From Chara braunii (taxonomy: Eukaryota; Plantae; Charophyceae), in contig BFEA01000004.1 in NCBI GenBank assembly GCA_003427395.1, positions 6,033,099 through 6,090,582 of the forward strand: a stretch of DNA of 57,484 nt, given 5' to 3'. Below, in pieces: positions 13,268 to 25,982 of this stretch. The notes beneath the pieces were generated by a model. That model ran no database searches. It was not told the DNA's origin and saw only the letters and a list, made by a program, of their open reading frames with translations. The translations under genes and the position numbers were made by a program. Every line of letters begins with the position of its first letter. Positions within the stretch are counted from its first letter, which is position 1.

Positions 13268-13372
13268 CCGTCTTCCCCCGAACACAACGCACCCTTATTT
13301 TGGCTGTATCTGGCCGGAAATATAGCTTGTATACATTCATTTTTAGGGTGCGTTATGTTTGGGGGAAGACGG
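13268..13372. mobile_element. Tc1/mariner-type MITE
   Basis: TA flanks and ~27-bp TIRs CCGTCTTCCCCCGAACACAACGCACCC / GGGTGCGTTATGTTTGGGGGAAGACGG. Confidence 0.85.
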
Positions 13373-14670
13373 TAGGTCTGTAGGTTAGGAGTTGAGTCTG
13401 TTACCGGTAGTCCTAAACAGTCTGTGCTAGAAGTCTCTACCTGAGTCTACTGTGGGCCTAGAGTCTGTCTGTCGGTCTGTAGATTCTAGAAGTCCGTAGG
13501 ACCCTGTAGTCCAGTCCAGTCAGCAGGTACTAAGGGAAAGGGGCTGCACGTGGGGGCAGGAAAAGGCCTACGCGTTCTGGAGAAGACTCCAGAAGACGCG
13601 TATGGGCCCAGGGCCACGCGGTTTGGCCCACGCGGTGAACAGAAGGCTCCAGAAACGCGGTTTGGGGCCCAGCTGTCATGCGGTTTGGCCCAGGCCCACG
13701 CGGTTTGAGGCAGGGCCCGGGTAGCTTTGAAGAAGTGTAAATAAACAGGCAGCGCCCAGCCATTCATTCCTTCGCCTGTGAGCCGTGCGGAAGTGCTGCC
13801 TTGGTATCTTGTGCGTGGAGGTCTGCAGGTGCCCGGAGAAGAAGTGGGCTGTGAAGAAGACAGCGGCCATACAGTTGATTAATACAAGTTCGTTGTTGTT
13901 TCTGAGTTGGAAGAGTTCAGTTTTGCGATCGGTTCTCAAGTGCGCATGCTATAAGCAAGTCCAGAGTCTAGTCTGATTGCAAAACGATGACGTCAGTAAA
14001 AAAAAAAAAAAAACAAGAAAAAGAAGGCTATGTCAATGCCTGCTGAGGGTCTTTTGGCTCAGGGTGGGAAGCAGACCACAGATGTCAGGGGACACAGGTT
14101 CCTGACCTGAGCTGCTCTTCCGCTGTTGCCCAGGTACCTGAGCTTCCCTTCCTGTATTGCCTGTGTTTTTATCGTCCTGGCATTCACTGTAACCCCACTA
14201 ACTCTGCAATGACCATCTTGTCATGAGAAATTATAGGTCAGGAATGCGGCTGGGCCCCATACGAGGAGAAGATAAGCCTGCATTTTTTATTTATTTTTTT
14301 AAACAAAAAAAACGGGGACAACAAAAGTCACATAATAGATCTTCCTTTGCCTTGAATTTTGAAGGTTGCAAAAAGATGTTTCCAACCCATCCGCCCCTGA
14401 TCGCGTCTTTTTTTCTCAGAGTTCGATCTTCGCTTCAGGATTGGTTTCGGAGCTACCGTAGTAGTCTCGTCCTGTGGATACTCGGCCCGAGTGCGTGAAT
14501 ATATTCAGTGTTTTTTTTTTTTTTTTTTTTTTTTTTGGGGAGGGTCGCACTCTTCGGTATGCTGCGTTGTGTAGGAGTGTGCGCACCAGAGAGTTATTGA
14601 AGTTTGCTGAACTGATTGCAGGTTGGAATGTTGGTTGTTGCCCTTTTGCCCATGTGGTTGCATTACACAG

Positions 14671-15270
14671 CTTGCACTGCATTCTGTCACAAATGTCGGT
14701 GATGCCTGCGTAAATGACATTTTTGAAGGATGCCCCCAGTTGCAACGTCTTTCTGTGACTGGAAACGCCAGGATCAAGGGGATGTTGACGAGCGAACTGC
14801 TGCGGTCACTCGCGAGTAATGAACGCTTGGTTCCCGATCTGCTGGAAATCGTTGTTACGGACCAACCAGGAATAGAATACCACGCTGCACAAGAGTTGAG
14901 CAACGCAAGACGAAGGCTGATCGTGAAGATTGGCGACACTAGTCAGTATGAGCACGTTGCCGATGGGACCGATGGGACCGATGGGACCGATGGGACCAAT
15001 AGGATTTCAACCTTTGGTCCACAGTGTGATCCCTTCCTGGCCACCTGTTCACAGTCGAGCACTGTTGCGCTGATGACGGACCTGCTCGCGGTGAAGGTAG
15101 CGGCGTTGCCGACCTTGTCAGAGGATGATGATTGGCAATACCATGGAGTGCACGACTCTGGAAGCGATGATTCCGATCCGTTCGAGGGCTGCATAAACGA
15201 CATCCAGATTCTCGATTTAGGGGCTATGGAACCTTCATCTGGGGAGAACGGTGTCCGAGCAAGCGACTGA
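14671..15270 (+). CDS. Terminal exon C of the LRR/RNI-like gene (LALHSVTNVGDACVNDIFEGCPQLQRLSVTGNARIKG...)
   Basis: Acceptor TTACACAG|CTT in phase 0. Joining to exon B gives CPFLTK|LALHSVTNVGD, completing a cysteine-type LRR that is followed by a second CPQLQRL repeat. Stop TGA ends at 15270. Confidence 0.75.
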   Translation, partial: LALHSVTNVGDACVNDIFEGCPQLQRLSVTGNARIKGMLTSELLRSLASNERLVPDLLEIVVTDQPGIEYHAAQELSNARRRLIVKIGDTSQYEHVADGTDGTDGTDGTNRISTFGPQCDPFLATCSQSSTVALMTDLLAVKVAALPTLSEDDDWQYHGVHDSGSDDSDPFEGCINDIQILDLGAMEPSSGENGVRASD

Positions 15271-15835
15271 TTTGTTTGCAAGCTTTTTTTTTGCCGTCGC
15301 CTGGAGCATTTCCATCGGGTGGGTGAAGGAGGACGGAGCAGGCGGATGTGCGGCAGCAGGGAAGAAGCTCCTCAGGCTTTGCATTTCTTCCGGAGAAAAC
15401 CGTGCTCCAATTCTTTCAGGTGAAAATATTTTGTCCGCTTGGTTTGTGTCTCTTCACTTGCAGTCAATGAAGTGTTGTTGTTTTGCTTTGGCATTCAGAT
15501 TCCATCACCATCAAACAGAGCGATTTGGCGGCGGCGGGGGGGGGGAAGGGGGGGAGGGGGGGGGGGGGAGGTAAATTTGGTGATGTTGCATTGTCTATTA
15601 ATTGACTGATTTATTCATTCATTCATTCATTCCCCCGTGTGTCAGCTTGTTGGAAGGATAGGTGTGGATCTGACTGGTGACGGTGGCGTTACGCTGAAGT
15701 GGCGCTGAGGTGAGGGCTGAAGTGACGGACTTTTGAGAATCAACGGTGGGATTTCGTAGTAATAGTAAACATACCAATGCTGATATAATCATAAAGGTCT
15801 CAGTTTTTATATGCACGCCATGCGATTTCCTATCG

Positions 15836-16400
15836 ATGTGTTGCTTAGAAATAGCGCTTTGCCGTAGGCAGGGCATGCCATGTCATGTATTGACATGGAG
15901 GAGCCAGAAATAGGTATTGACTTGATGTGTTGACTTGATGTGTTGACTTGATGCGTTGACTTGAGGTGTTGACTTGAGGTGTTGGCTTGATGTGTTGCTT
16001 AGAATCAGCGTTACGGCATAGGTAGGGCATCCTGTACGTTGAGATGGAGGAGCAAGGACTGTGGTGACTGACATTGATCTATACGTCTTCTTTCTTAGTA
16101 GCTTTCGATAGCTGTCTATAGCTATAGAGTAAGTGTATACCAATAGAGGATTGTCTAGGGTATAGAGTCCATAGGCAGCAGGCAACCAATTGAATTATGA
16201 AGTGCTCAGCAATCTACAGCTATATACGTCTATTTTTTAGTAGCTGTCTATAGCTGTCTATAGCTGTCTATAGCTGTCTATAGCTGTCTATAGCCGTCTA
16301 AAGTTGTCTAGAGCTGTCTAGGCCTATAGTATAGAGTAAGTGTATACCAGTACAGGATAATTTAGGCTATAGAGGTCTAGCAGCACTAGGCAGCCAATTG
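15836..16400. repeat. Nested duplications with 13-bp (GACTTGATGTGTT) and 10-bp (TAGCTGTCTA) minisatellites
   Basis: 13-mer array ~15916-16000 and 10-mer array ~16239-16322. Flanking blocks are duplicated (~15836/15990 and ~16080/16222). Confidence 0.85.
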
Positions 16401-16743
16401 TTGCAGAGCGGACACTCTCAGAATCACTTCGAGCATTGTTTTTCCAACTTTTCCTTGTGACCAGTGAAAAGGATCCATACCTGTGATGGCATCGTATGTT
16501 GTGCCTCGCTCCACTGCACAAGCTTGTAAATGTATCCAGAGACTAACAATCGTCCCGATTCAATCCGACTTACGGATCAGTCCTAATGCATGTGGTCAAC
16601 ATTTCCTGTGCAGATACATGTAGAAATGTTGTGTTGTGTAGCAAGTCCCATTGTAACCTTCATCCCATAACTTGGACTTCATCAACTTGAGAAACTACTC
16701 TTCTTCTTCTTCTTCTTCTTCTGACCCTTGCGTTCCCCCCCCC

Positions 16744-16778
<35 letters not shown>

Positions 16779-16929
16779 ATCTCCCCTCCCCAGAAATAAA
16801 ATTGCTATGGCTCCTTCTACACTGGGGACCATGGAACCATCGGCCAGCTTGAGGAATGTTTCAAGGCTCCTTTTCAAACGGCTAACTTGTTTGATTGGCT
16901 AGGCTATTAAAAGTTCACCCCAGGCTTAA

Positions 16930-17056
16930 AGCACCAGTAGTACACGGCTACCTGGGCCGCAGACCTGACACTCTGAATTCCGAGCATTTGACGTTTTGGC
17001 CTCGTTTTCTTGTGGCGACAAGTGTTGGACTGCAAGGCTGGGCCCGTGTACTAGCG

Positions 17057-17057
<1 letters not shown>
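16930..17057. mobile_element. Diverged TTAA-flanked MITE
   Basis: TTAA-AGCACCAGTAGTACACGG ... CCGTGTACTAGCGA-TTAA. Confidence 0.45.
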
Positions 17058-17094
<37 letters not shown>

Positions 17095-17739
17095 AGGCTT
17101 GGAGAAATGAAATTTACCCCACTTCTCACATTCCCTGTCATGGTCGGTCAGCATCGGATCACTCTCTATGTCTAAAGTCTTGTGTGGATCAGGCACGTTC
17201 TTGAGGGTTTTCTTTGCTGGCTCCTCCCTCTTGCAGACTCCCCAATTGCCAGGGGCTTGTATCTTCTTTCTTTTGCGGGGGCCCCGTTTTTTTTGTTCCG
17301 AGCCCTATTGCAGAAGGGGCCATTTCAGAAAGGGCCCTTTTTTTTTTGTTCAGAGCCCCTATTACAATGGGGGTTTGACCCCTTGTTCTGAGATCCTATT
17401 GCTTAGATCTTCCTCAGTCAAGACACGTGGCGCTTCCAGATGCGTCAGAAAGCGGACGACCGGGATCCTGGAGAACTGGGGTCCAAGATGTCCGACCCAA
17501 ATGTGTCTGGGCCAAGCGTCCGGCCATCAGGCACTTGGCTACATAGCTAAGAGATGAGCACCAACCCTATGCACCCGATGTTTTTGAGGATTTTTTTTCG
17601 CAAATTGCCAAATTCTGAGAGCAAAATATCCTCAAAGTTGGTGCACTTGAATTTTTGCGGAGTCCAGGAGATGTTGTAGAGGCTAATTACCAGGCACACA
17701 GGGATCACTGGGAGCGATGAGCCTTCGCAGTCCTAAGAT

Positions 17740-18400
17740 ACGAGGTCACCTCCCACCCTACCACTCATCAGTACTCCCAGCGTACCCCCTAACAGAACTA
17801 TCTTACCTCAGTGTAACCCACTCAGGACCATCACCCAACCGCTAGGTGGGTGACTTGGACCAGACAGTAGTGATAGGCACCAAGCCTCACAGCCTGGTGA
17901 TGCGAAGGCACGATCCGAGTAGAGTCGGTAGACCCATCATGAGGCTTCCAAGCCCAGCCCCTGGGGTCCGTCACCAGAGTCTTCATATCCTTCCAAGCCC
18001 AGCCCCTGGGGAAGGTCCCACTAGCAAGGAGGATTATGTTGAATGCCTGAATCTGGACTTGTTTGTGGAGATGTGCAAAAAAATGGGATTGATCTCTGCT
18101 TTTCTGCATCTCTGCATGAAACACATCCAGATTCACAAGTTCAATCCAATCCTCTGTGCTAGTGGGACCTCGCCACTGGGGCCCATTGCCGGCTTCCGCG
18201 ATTGTGTTCGCAAAGAGACAGCTAGCATTTTTGTGAGGCTGCAGAGGAATTATGTAAAACAGAAACTTTTGGGGCTTCACCTCACATTTATAAATAGAAA
18301 TGTTGGGCCCAGAAAGTCTTAAATTTTCTGGAGGGCCACCAGAAAGGATATTTGGAACATAAAAGGCCATAGCAGGGCCTGCCTGGCTTTCCCTGACCAA

Positions 18401-18433
<33 letters not shown>

Positions 18434-20330
18434 CCCACTTTGCAGTGGAAGGGTGCTTGGGGGAGGGTCACTTTGATAGCACTCACAGAGTCACAAGTAT
18501 CTCTGAACTCATTTCAGGTTTCCTTTTACATGCCGGGGCATTTACGGTCCTTTGGGGGGCTGGCAAGGTCCCACTTGCATGGATTGAGAGATACTGTCCA
18601 CGAGCAAGGACAATCGACGGCCAGTAATGCTTTTTTTTTTTTTTTTTTTTTAAGCCCAGGGTGTTGTAGAGGCCAAGGACCAGACCCGCAGTGATTGCTG
18701 GCAACGGCAGCCAGTGGTTGTCCTGACAGGATAGGCACCTACCCTACCCATCCCCACGTTAATACTCTCAGCGCACCCCCTGTCCCTACTATCCTACCTC
18801 AGTGTGACCAGCACTCAGGACCATTACCCTAGTACCAGTATCGAGGGCAGCTTGGATCAGACAGCAGTGACAAGCACCAAGGCTGGTCCAACCGCCTTAG
18901 CCCGGGTGGAAGCGGAAGTGGACGAAGCTTGCCGTACGGGAACTTCGGACGCCAGGCTCATGCAATCTTCTACAGGCCCAATTCAGAGAGTCTACCCTGC
19001 AGGAGTGCCTAAGCAAGGCAAGCGGGCGCCCATGGACACATCTGCAATAACCCATACCATATGTCTGGTGGAAACCTGAGGGCCGACCTGGCCGCCCTCA
19101 GCCAGGCCAAAAACGAGGTAAGGGACCCCACACAGTCCAAAGGTACCCAGTCCGGGCCACGGGTCAAGCACACACACTTGTCTGTATGCAGGCACCCAGA
19201 CAGCATCAAGTCCAAGGGGGAACTCTGCAACTGTACAATCCAGGCCTTCGGCTGTGACTCAATCTGGACGACTGAGGGGTGGAGACTCGAGGCCAGAGAG
19301 CCTCGTCAAACACTACTTAAAGTCTGGCCTCGAGGTGGTCAGCGTTCAGTCTTGCTATGCTGGTTCAACGCTGGCTTGACTTTGACTTGACGCTGGCATT
19401 ATGCTAGCGCGACGCTGGCTGGACGCTGGCTGTGCATCAGAGCTCCGGACGACGACACGAGGGAGAGGCGACGCTGGCATTGTCCGCCAGGCATGCTGAT
19501 GTGGCGCTGCCTCTGGTATATGTGGCACTGCTCATGGTCTATGGGGCATGCTGATGTGGCGCTGCCTCTGGTATATGTGGCGCTGCTCATGGTCTACGTG
19601 GCATGCTGATGTGGCACTGCCTCTGAGATATGTGGCGCTGCCCATGGTCTACGTGGCATACTGATGTGGCGCTGCCTCTGGTATATGTGGCGCTGCCCAT
19701 GGTCTACGTGGTATGATGATGTGGCACTGCTCCTGTATACGTGGCACTGTTCTTGGTCTTCATTGATGATGTGGCATATGCCCCCTGTCTCATCTGCTGA
19801 TGTGGCATTGTCCACACTACTTACATGAGGTGACTGGTTGCGAGGGAGAGTAAGATCAGGACTGTGGAGAGATCGTGATACGTACCTGGTGGTCTTCATG
19901 ATGACATTGCTCCAACGCTGATGAGGGATTAATTAGTAGTGCCACGTGGCACATTGAAACAGATACTAGTTCAGACTGTTGATTACTGAAGTGGTGTTGG
20001 AGGAGGGAGCCCGAAGCAGGAGTGGGCATTGTATTTACTTCCTCTCCTTTGTCTAATCTCCCTCCTCTCTCCTTCGTCTGTGAATGATTATCTCGTCTTA
20101 TTCTGTCTGGACACTATCTTGACTAGTGGTAATCATCAGCTGTTGCATCTGGACTTGCATTGTTGACATCTGTCTTCACGATCTGGGTTCATTACACATC
20201 CTACGGTCCTGCCCCTAACGTACCCAAGGCTAGGCGGAACTCAGACTAGCCGGAGCGACTTATATCCCTACCCTACCCTAGAGCTAAGCCATGCATGAGT
20301 AGACCCCGTCATGTACCTGATAGACGCCCC
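17740..20330. mobile_element. Degraded LTR-retrotransposon-like sequence with a diverged direct repeat and a ~54-bp tandem array
   Basis: ~17745-17885 resembles ~18735-18880. GCATGCTGATGTGGCGCTGCCTCTGGTATATGTGGC... units occupy 19490-19810. Classification is inference. Confidence 0.4.
18011..18171. mobile_element. Foldback MULE-like MITE
   Basis: Imperfect palindrome AGGTCCCACTAGCA...TGCTAGTGGGACCT with 9-bp flanks GCCCCTGGG / GCCACTGGG. Confidence 0.55.
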
Positions 20331-20620
20331 CAGCCCGGTATGATATTTGTGTGTACATGTGTGCCCGGAGGCTATGTATGTTTGTATGAGCCCGTAGGCT
20401 ATGTGTATGTATATTCATGAGCCATGTTTGTGTCTGCCCGAAGGCTCGGTATGATAGTTGTGTGTACATGTGTGTTCAGAGGCTATGTATGTTTGTATGA
20501 GACCGTAGGCGATGTGTATATATATTCATGAGCCATGTTTGTGTCTGCCCGAAGGCTATGTGTGCTCTGTGTAACTGTATAGCAAGATGTATGTGCCCGA
20601 AGGCCAGATATGTGCAGTAC
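20330..20620. repeat. Degenerate GT-rich tandem repeat (~120-bp higher-order unit)
   Basis: ATATTCATGAGCCATGTTTGTGTCTGCCCGAAGGCT occurs at ~20411 and ~20522. Confidence 0.75.
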
Positions 20621-20684
20621 TATGTAGAGGGAACTATGTCTTCGTTGAAGAGATGACAGGCCAAGCTGGACAAGACCCCCGCAG

Positions 20685-21066
20685 AGTCCCACGCCAGACT
20701 CGAACCCATGATCTATGACATGTGACCTGAAGACTCTACCATTTGAGCAACAATCGCAAACGGCCCTGTGTGTGATATGCCAGCAGACTGGGGAGATCAA
20801 CAGAACAACCACGAGAGCAACAGCAACAAGCAACCCACGCAGTATCAAGACCCGACATACAACACCATGGACAACCCTTGGGTGGTGCACAGGCAGTGTC
20901 TGTAATAACTTACCTGCGTCATCCCAAGGGGGTGTGTGTCCAGCCGTGCGTCATTCTAAGCCCTGCCGGTGTCCATGCAAAAGGCTGCGATTGAGTTTGG
21001 AACCCGCAACCTCATACCACAATGTGCATTTCCAACCGGTGCTCTAACCACTGAGCTTCATCAACT
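20685..21066 (-). mobile_element. tRNA-derived SINE with two tRNA-like modules
   Basis: Head AGCTCAGTGGTTAGAGC...GGGTTCCAAAC (20983-21066). Second module TGCTCAAATGGTAGAG...GGTTCGAGTC (20685-20757). The body is homologous to 49965-50180. Confidence 0.7.
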
Positions 21067-21315
21067 GGACAGCCAGTATCACTTTTAGTCCATGCAAGTG
21101 GAACATCATGCCACGTTTCGTTGCAGGTTTGTGCATATGCATGTCTCTGCTTTTCCCCTTTTTGTTTTTGTACTTGTTGTTCTCTTTCGCTTCATTAAGA
21201 ATAAAAGGCCCGTCTCCAGCCTCACCGGGCCAGCCAGGAACAGCACCTGTCCAGCAGCAGCATGGTTGGTGACTTGTTGTTTGTCACATAGGGTCCCTCC
21301 TCTTTCGCCCCTCCC

Positions 21316-21423
<108 letters not shown>

Positions 21424-21858
21424 CAACCCCCTTTCTCTCTCTCCTCTCGCTCTCCCATTTCCCCCCATCGCGCATTCCGCCATTCCGCATTCCGCATCCC
21501 GCCTCCCTGCCCCCCATCACGCCTTCCGCCTCCACACTCCCCCNNNNNNNNNNNNNNCCCCCCCCCCCCCCCCCACACACACACAAACACTCAACCCCTT
21601 TTGTTCTGGGGGCCACAAGTCCGGTTACTTATGCCACGCAAGCATAGGAACTTTACATGAAAAAGGTTCAACCACCGCTGCCTTTCCGGTACATTGGCCA
21701 CGCAGGGAGGGTTCCCGTGCGATTCGGCAGCCGAAATGAAACGGCAGTCGCTGATGACATTTTTCGACAACGGTCGTCGTTGGGCCCAGCCCCCGAAGGT
21801 TGTGGTATAGGTTATATTCCCACTTTTCCCAACAGCAGGAACGGTTGTGGCACTTTAA

Positions 21859-22005
21859 ACCACCAGTACACCCGGCCTGGAGGGGCACTTTCTCTGCTTT
21901 TTGGCTGGTGCTGCCAGCCGTTGTGGTCCGGTACGCCGAGCCTCTGAAAATTTTGTAAGGCGACGAGTTGCATTTTCAGCAAGGCTGGGGCCGTGTGCTG
22001 GCGGT
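21859..22005. mobile_element. TTAA-flanked MITE
   Basis: TTAA-ACCACCAGTACAC ... GTGTGCTGGCGGT-TTAA. Confidence 0.75.
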
Positions 22006-22418
22006 TTAAGGGAAGGAAGGGAAAAGAACCCATGGCCACTTATTGTGGAAAAAGGCAGGGCAGACGTTTCCGAGCCGGGAGACTCCCAAACTCCTTCCGT
22101 AGCTCCCATGAACTTGATATGAATGTGAATCTGTAGTTTTATTTGGAACTGACCCCTCGAAACAGCCCTCTGCTCTGTTAAATTAAAAAAAAAAAAAAGA
22201 AGGGTAGGGATTACTACAGGCTTTTGAAGGGGGAGGGAAAGCAGAAGCTAAGATGGGTAAGCGGAGAGCAGAAGAGAGGGAAAACAAACATCAGAGGACA
22301 GCTGAGAATGATCGTCACTTCGGGAAGTGAATAGCGTACAGACGAGGGAGAGAGGTGGTGGGATTATATGACAGCTTGTCTGAGAAGGCTAGACCAAGAA
22401 TCATGTCTGGCCACCCTA

Positions 22419-22550
22419 CCATCTTCCCCCGAACATAAAGCACTCCAATAATGTATGTACACATCAGTAATGTATGTATACAAGTTATGTTTCCTGTCCA
22501 AGACAGCCCTAACGAGGGTGTGTCTTGTGGGGGGGGGGGGGGGGAGACGG
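22419..22550. mobile_element. Diverged copy of the same Tc1/mariner-type MITE
   Basis: TA-CCATCTTCCCCCGAACATAAAGCAC ... GGGTGTGTCTTGTG(G)nAGACGG. Confidence 0.65.
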
Positions 22551-22951
22551 GAGTGATTATTATGACTAAAGAAGATAAATTACAAAGAAGATAAATTACA
22601 ACTTAAAAAACGCCAAGAAAAGCGCGAAGAATGACAGCGAGAAAAAGAAAGATAAAACTCTACCTGTGAGGTTGTGCACCGTTGAATCGTGGGGCCAAGA
22701 TCCAATCTTGGGCAGCAGACCCTCGACATGATGGCAGCATTGAGGTATGGACTGGACAATTATACTGCTAAGTTTTTTTGGTTTTTTTTTTTTGTCGGTG
22801 AAACTCCAACGGAACAGTTTGTCACAGCCCGTCGTTTGTTGTCCTCTTCTCCCGCTCTGCCCACGGTTTACCGTAGGCAGCTCTGTTTGACGATATATAT
22901 AGTGTGAAGTTTATTGCGGTCATGAGGTCCATATGTGTTAACGAACCTTAA

Positions 22952-23162
22952 ACCACCAGTACTTGGCCCGGGTATCCATGCAGAGCCTTGAAACGTCATG
23001 TGCGACAAGTTTCGCAGGACCAACAGTGCACCGTTTTTTTTTGTTTTTGTTTTTTTTTGGCTGGCGCCTCCAACCTTTGTGGTCCGGTACCCCGAAGCGC
23101 GCAGGTCGCGGCGCATTAATGGATAAGCCCCACGGCCGATAGCCAGGCCAAGTACTGGTGGT
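22952..23162. mobile_element. TTAA-flanked MITE (short version of the 5.4-kb element)
   Basis: Perfect TIR ACCACCAGTACTTGGCC / GGCCAAGTACTGGTGGT with TTAA on both sides. Confidence 0.9.
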
Positions 23163-23933
23163 TTAATTTTTGACATATTGTCCTACTTGTGCCGATGACG
23201 AACCACAATTATTTCAGGCTGCCAACAGAATACTGCCAGTTCTGCACACCAGGCACCCACTCAGGCTGCTTCGTGGACAGGCGGTACCGCGCACACATCC
23301 CTTCGACGTGTACGATGGCATGTTGTCGTAGTAGTACCAGTCGATAAGATGTCGCTCAACTGCTACTATGACATTTGTGAATTTTGTTCCAAACACTGGT
23401 ACAAATACTGGCTCTCACAACAACACCTTGGCAGTCCGACCTGTGGCCATACGTCGGAGTCTGCGGCCAGGATCTTCGATGACCATGCACTCTGGAATCA
23501 CCACCGTGACAAGGGTCATCCGCGTACTGACACCCTGCCCTATCTCTACTTTGCCCTCAAAGCACATAAAACAAAATTGCACCTGCTCTTCATTCTATCC
23601 TCGGGGTCACCCAGCGCGGCATTTTTCCCAACCTGAACTTCGCTTAACAATTCTGCCGCCTTTTGGCTGCACACCAGCATAGCAAGCTCTCTCATGCCAG
23701 TGAACCCCTTGCTAGCTATACTCTCTAAGGCGTGTTCAGTTCCCTTCGCAACAAGAATGATCAGTTTGATCCAGACTGTGGCGTCAGACGTCGCCGGATT
23801 GTGCAAACTGTTGAGGAGGTTGTCTTCGATCCCAAGCAGAATGTGCATTGCCTTTAAGTTTGTCGTTGTACACTGCACACGGCGGAATTTGCGAGAGAGT
23901 TTATATCAACATGTCAGATGAAGGGATCCTCAA

Positions 23934-24085
23934 ACCACCAGTACCTCCGCCATATATTGCCCGTGGGAAAAATAAAGTGGAAGCGTTTCCCCTTGCATTA
24001 ATTTTTTGGCACTCCAGTCCAGGCCCCGTTCATCCGAGAGCATCTGGGCACGTTACCCGCCATGACTGTCGGAGGTACTGGTGTT
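23934..24085. mobile_element. TTAA-family MITE
   Basis: TCAA-ACCACCAGTACCTCCG ... CGGAGGTACTGGTGTT-TTAA. Confidence 0.75.
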
Positions 24086-24576
24086 TTAACTTTTAAAAAG
24101 TTTTAATAGTATTAATACTAATAGTTTGTTAAATGGGGCACATGATTATGCGCTGGCGGTGATTCACCAGAACAGGAGGTTAGCGCAAATGTATATGACA
24201 GTTGGTGCTCCTACTCAGAGGCCAAATGGTAAATCGCAATCTTTTGACTTTACCGCTCTCTCTCTTTTTTTTTTTCCTTTTTTTTGGGGGGGGGTGTGTG
24301 GGGGGGGGGGACAAATGACCCAATCTACTTGTGGGGAGCAACACATGCTGGGAACCGGGCCCAGACTTTACCGCTCTCTCAGTGTCAGAAATTGAACAGC
24401 ATTTGCAGTTGTGTTACCTCTATGTAGCGGATGGGACCTTGCGCCATCAGGTGGTCCCAATCCCTGTGAGCACCGACGTTGGACCAGAGATTGCCAATCA
24501 TATGCTCCACTGGATCGAGAGACAGTTTATAGATGTAGATTTATTTATTTATTTATTTATTTTATAGAGAAAAAAA

Positions 24577-24750
24577 GGGGTAACTAGGGCGCAGTCACGA
24601 TTTCAGTTTTAAATCCAGTTCAGGCATCCGTTGAATACAACACATCCCCGCCCGACCCTAAAGCTGGGTTGTATACATTCATGATTTTCCTCGAAATCGT
24701 GACTGAAACGCATTTTCAAACTGAAACCGTGACAGCGCCCTAGTTTTCCC
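24577..24750. mobile_element. MULE-type MITE
   Basis: TIRs GGGTAACTAGGGCGCAGTCACG / CGTGACAGCGCCCTAGTTTTCCC. Homologous to 47832-48015. Confidence 0.75.
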
Positions 24751-24758
24751 TTTCTTCA

Positions 24759-24938
24759 ACCACCACTACCTCCGAGCCTCTTTGCGCGCCAGGCTGTGCC
24801 GAAGCGCCATCACAGCCTATTTTCTTTTGTTTTGGCTGGCACCACCAGGCATTTTGGTCCTGCGGCGCCTAGCCCCTGAAAAATGCAGGATAAGCTGTAT
24901 TCACGACTTAGCCTTCCACTGTGAAAGGTAGTGGTGGT
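24759..24938. mobile_element. TTAA-family MITE
   Basis: ACCACCACTACC ... GGTAGTGGTGGT(T)TTAA. The internal TTTTGGCTGG...TGGTCC motif is shared with the 21859 and 22952 copies. Confidence 0.65.
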
Positions 24939-25514
24939 TTTAATCACCCCTCCATCCGCACCCCTATTTTGATAAATCAAAAGTCGCATTTCCCCAGGCC
25001 TGAAATCTACAGCGGTGCAGTGAGGAAAAATAATTGTGGTAACTTTCCCCACCGAACCTCTTCCAGGTTTGGGCACTGTAAATTTGGGCCCGGCTATGAA
25101 CCCCCCCCCCCCCCGCCCCGAGCGGCCGAGGGCGTCCGAGCCCGCGATCACCGAAACCTTTGGAGGCCGTAAATACGATGCTGGCCATCGATGAGATTTA
25201 TCAACAGCCTACCAGCCCCCCGAAAGTTGCAGCAAGCATACAACAAGGGTTTTGATAGACTGCTTCATGAGAGTTTCACAGATATCAGAAGGCTGGACCT
25301 TTACAGTCTGCAGAGTGCCCTAACCTAACCAATGATACTGTAAGTGATCATCCACCTTAACCTTAATTGCAGTTGAACATGAACAAAGCTGCCCCACACA
25401 TGATATCCTGAGTTGGGCACCAACCATTCAAGTTACCCTCAAAAATACCTGTGACGAAAATCAAAGCACACTAGCTCGCAACACCAAACAAAACACTCTA
25501 CAAACACTGCAGGT

Positions 25515-25982
25515 TCACAACCAATCATAAGGTAATAAACCCTCACAAAACAAAAGGCTGTATTACTTTGTAACCAATCATCAGGTAGTAAGCCCTCACA
25601 AAACAAAGGGATGTATTACTTCGTAACCAAACCCTCACATTGGCTTTGCAACCAATTACCAGGTAGTAAACCCTCGCAAAACAAAGCATTGTATTACTTT
25701 GTATTAAGTTTGTAAACAATCATAAAAAATTAAAAAAAAAACAATCATGAAGTAGTAAACCCTCACAAAAGAAAGGGTTCTATTACTTTGTAAAAACAAA
25801 AAAAAAGAAAATGAAAAGAAAAAAAGACAATCATAAAGTAGTAAACCCTCACAAAAGAAAGGGTTCTATTACTTTGTAGCTAATCATAAGGTAATAAACC
25901 CTCACATTGGCTCACAAAACAAAGGGATGTATTACTACTTTGTAGCCAATCATAAGGTAGTAAACCCTCACAAAACAAAGGA
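25515..25982. repeat. ~52-80-bp tandem minisatellite
   Basis: About 7 copies of CAATCATAAGGTAGTAAACCCTCACAAAACAAAGGG.TGTATTACTTTGTA. Confidence 0.9.

Noticed and set aside
17831-18433. Similar peptides on both strands
   Set aside because: Consequence of the foldback element at 18011-18171.
20983-21066. Functional tRNA
   Set aside because: Imperfect B box and stems; dispersed copies with a shared body indicate a SINE.
25515-25982. CRISPR-like array
   Set aside because: No unique spacers; ordinary minisatellite.
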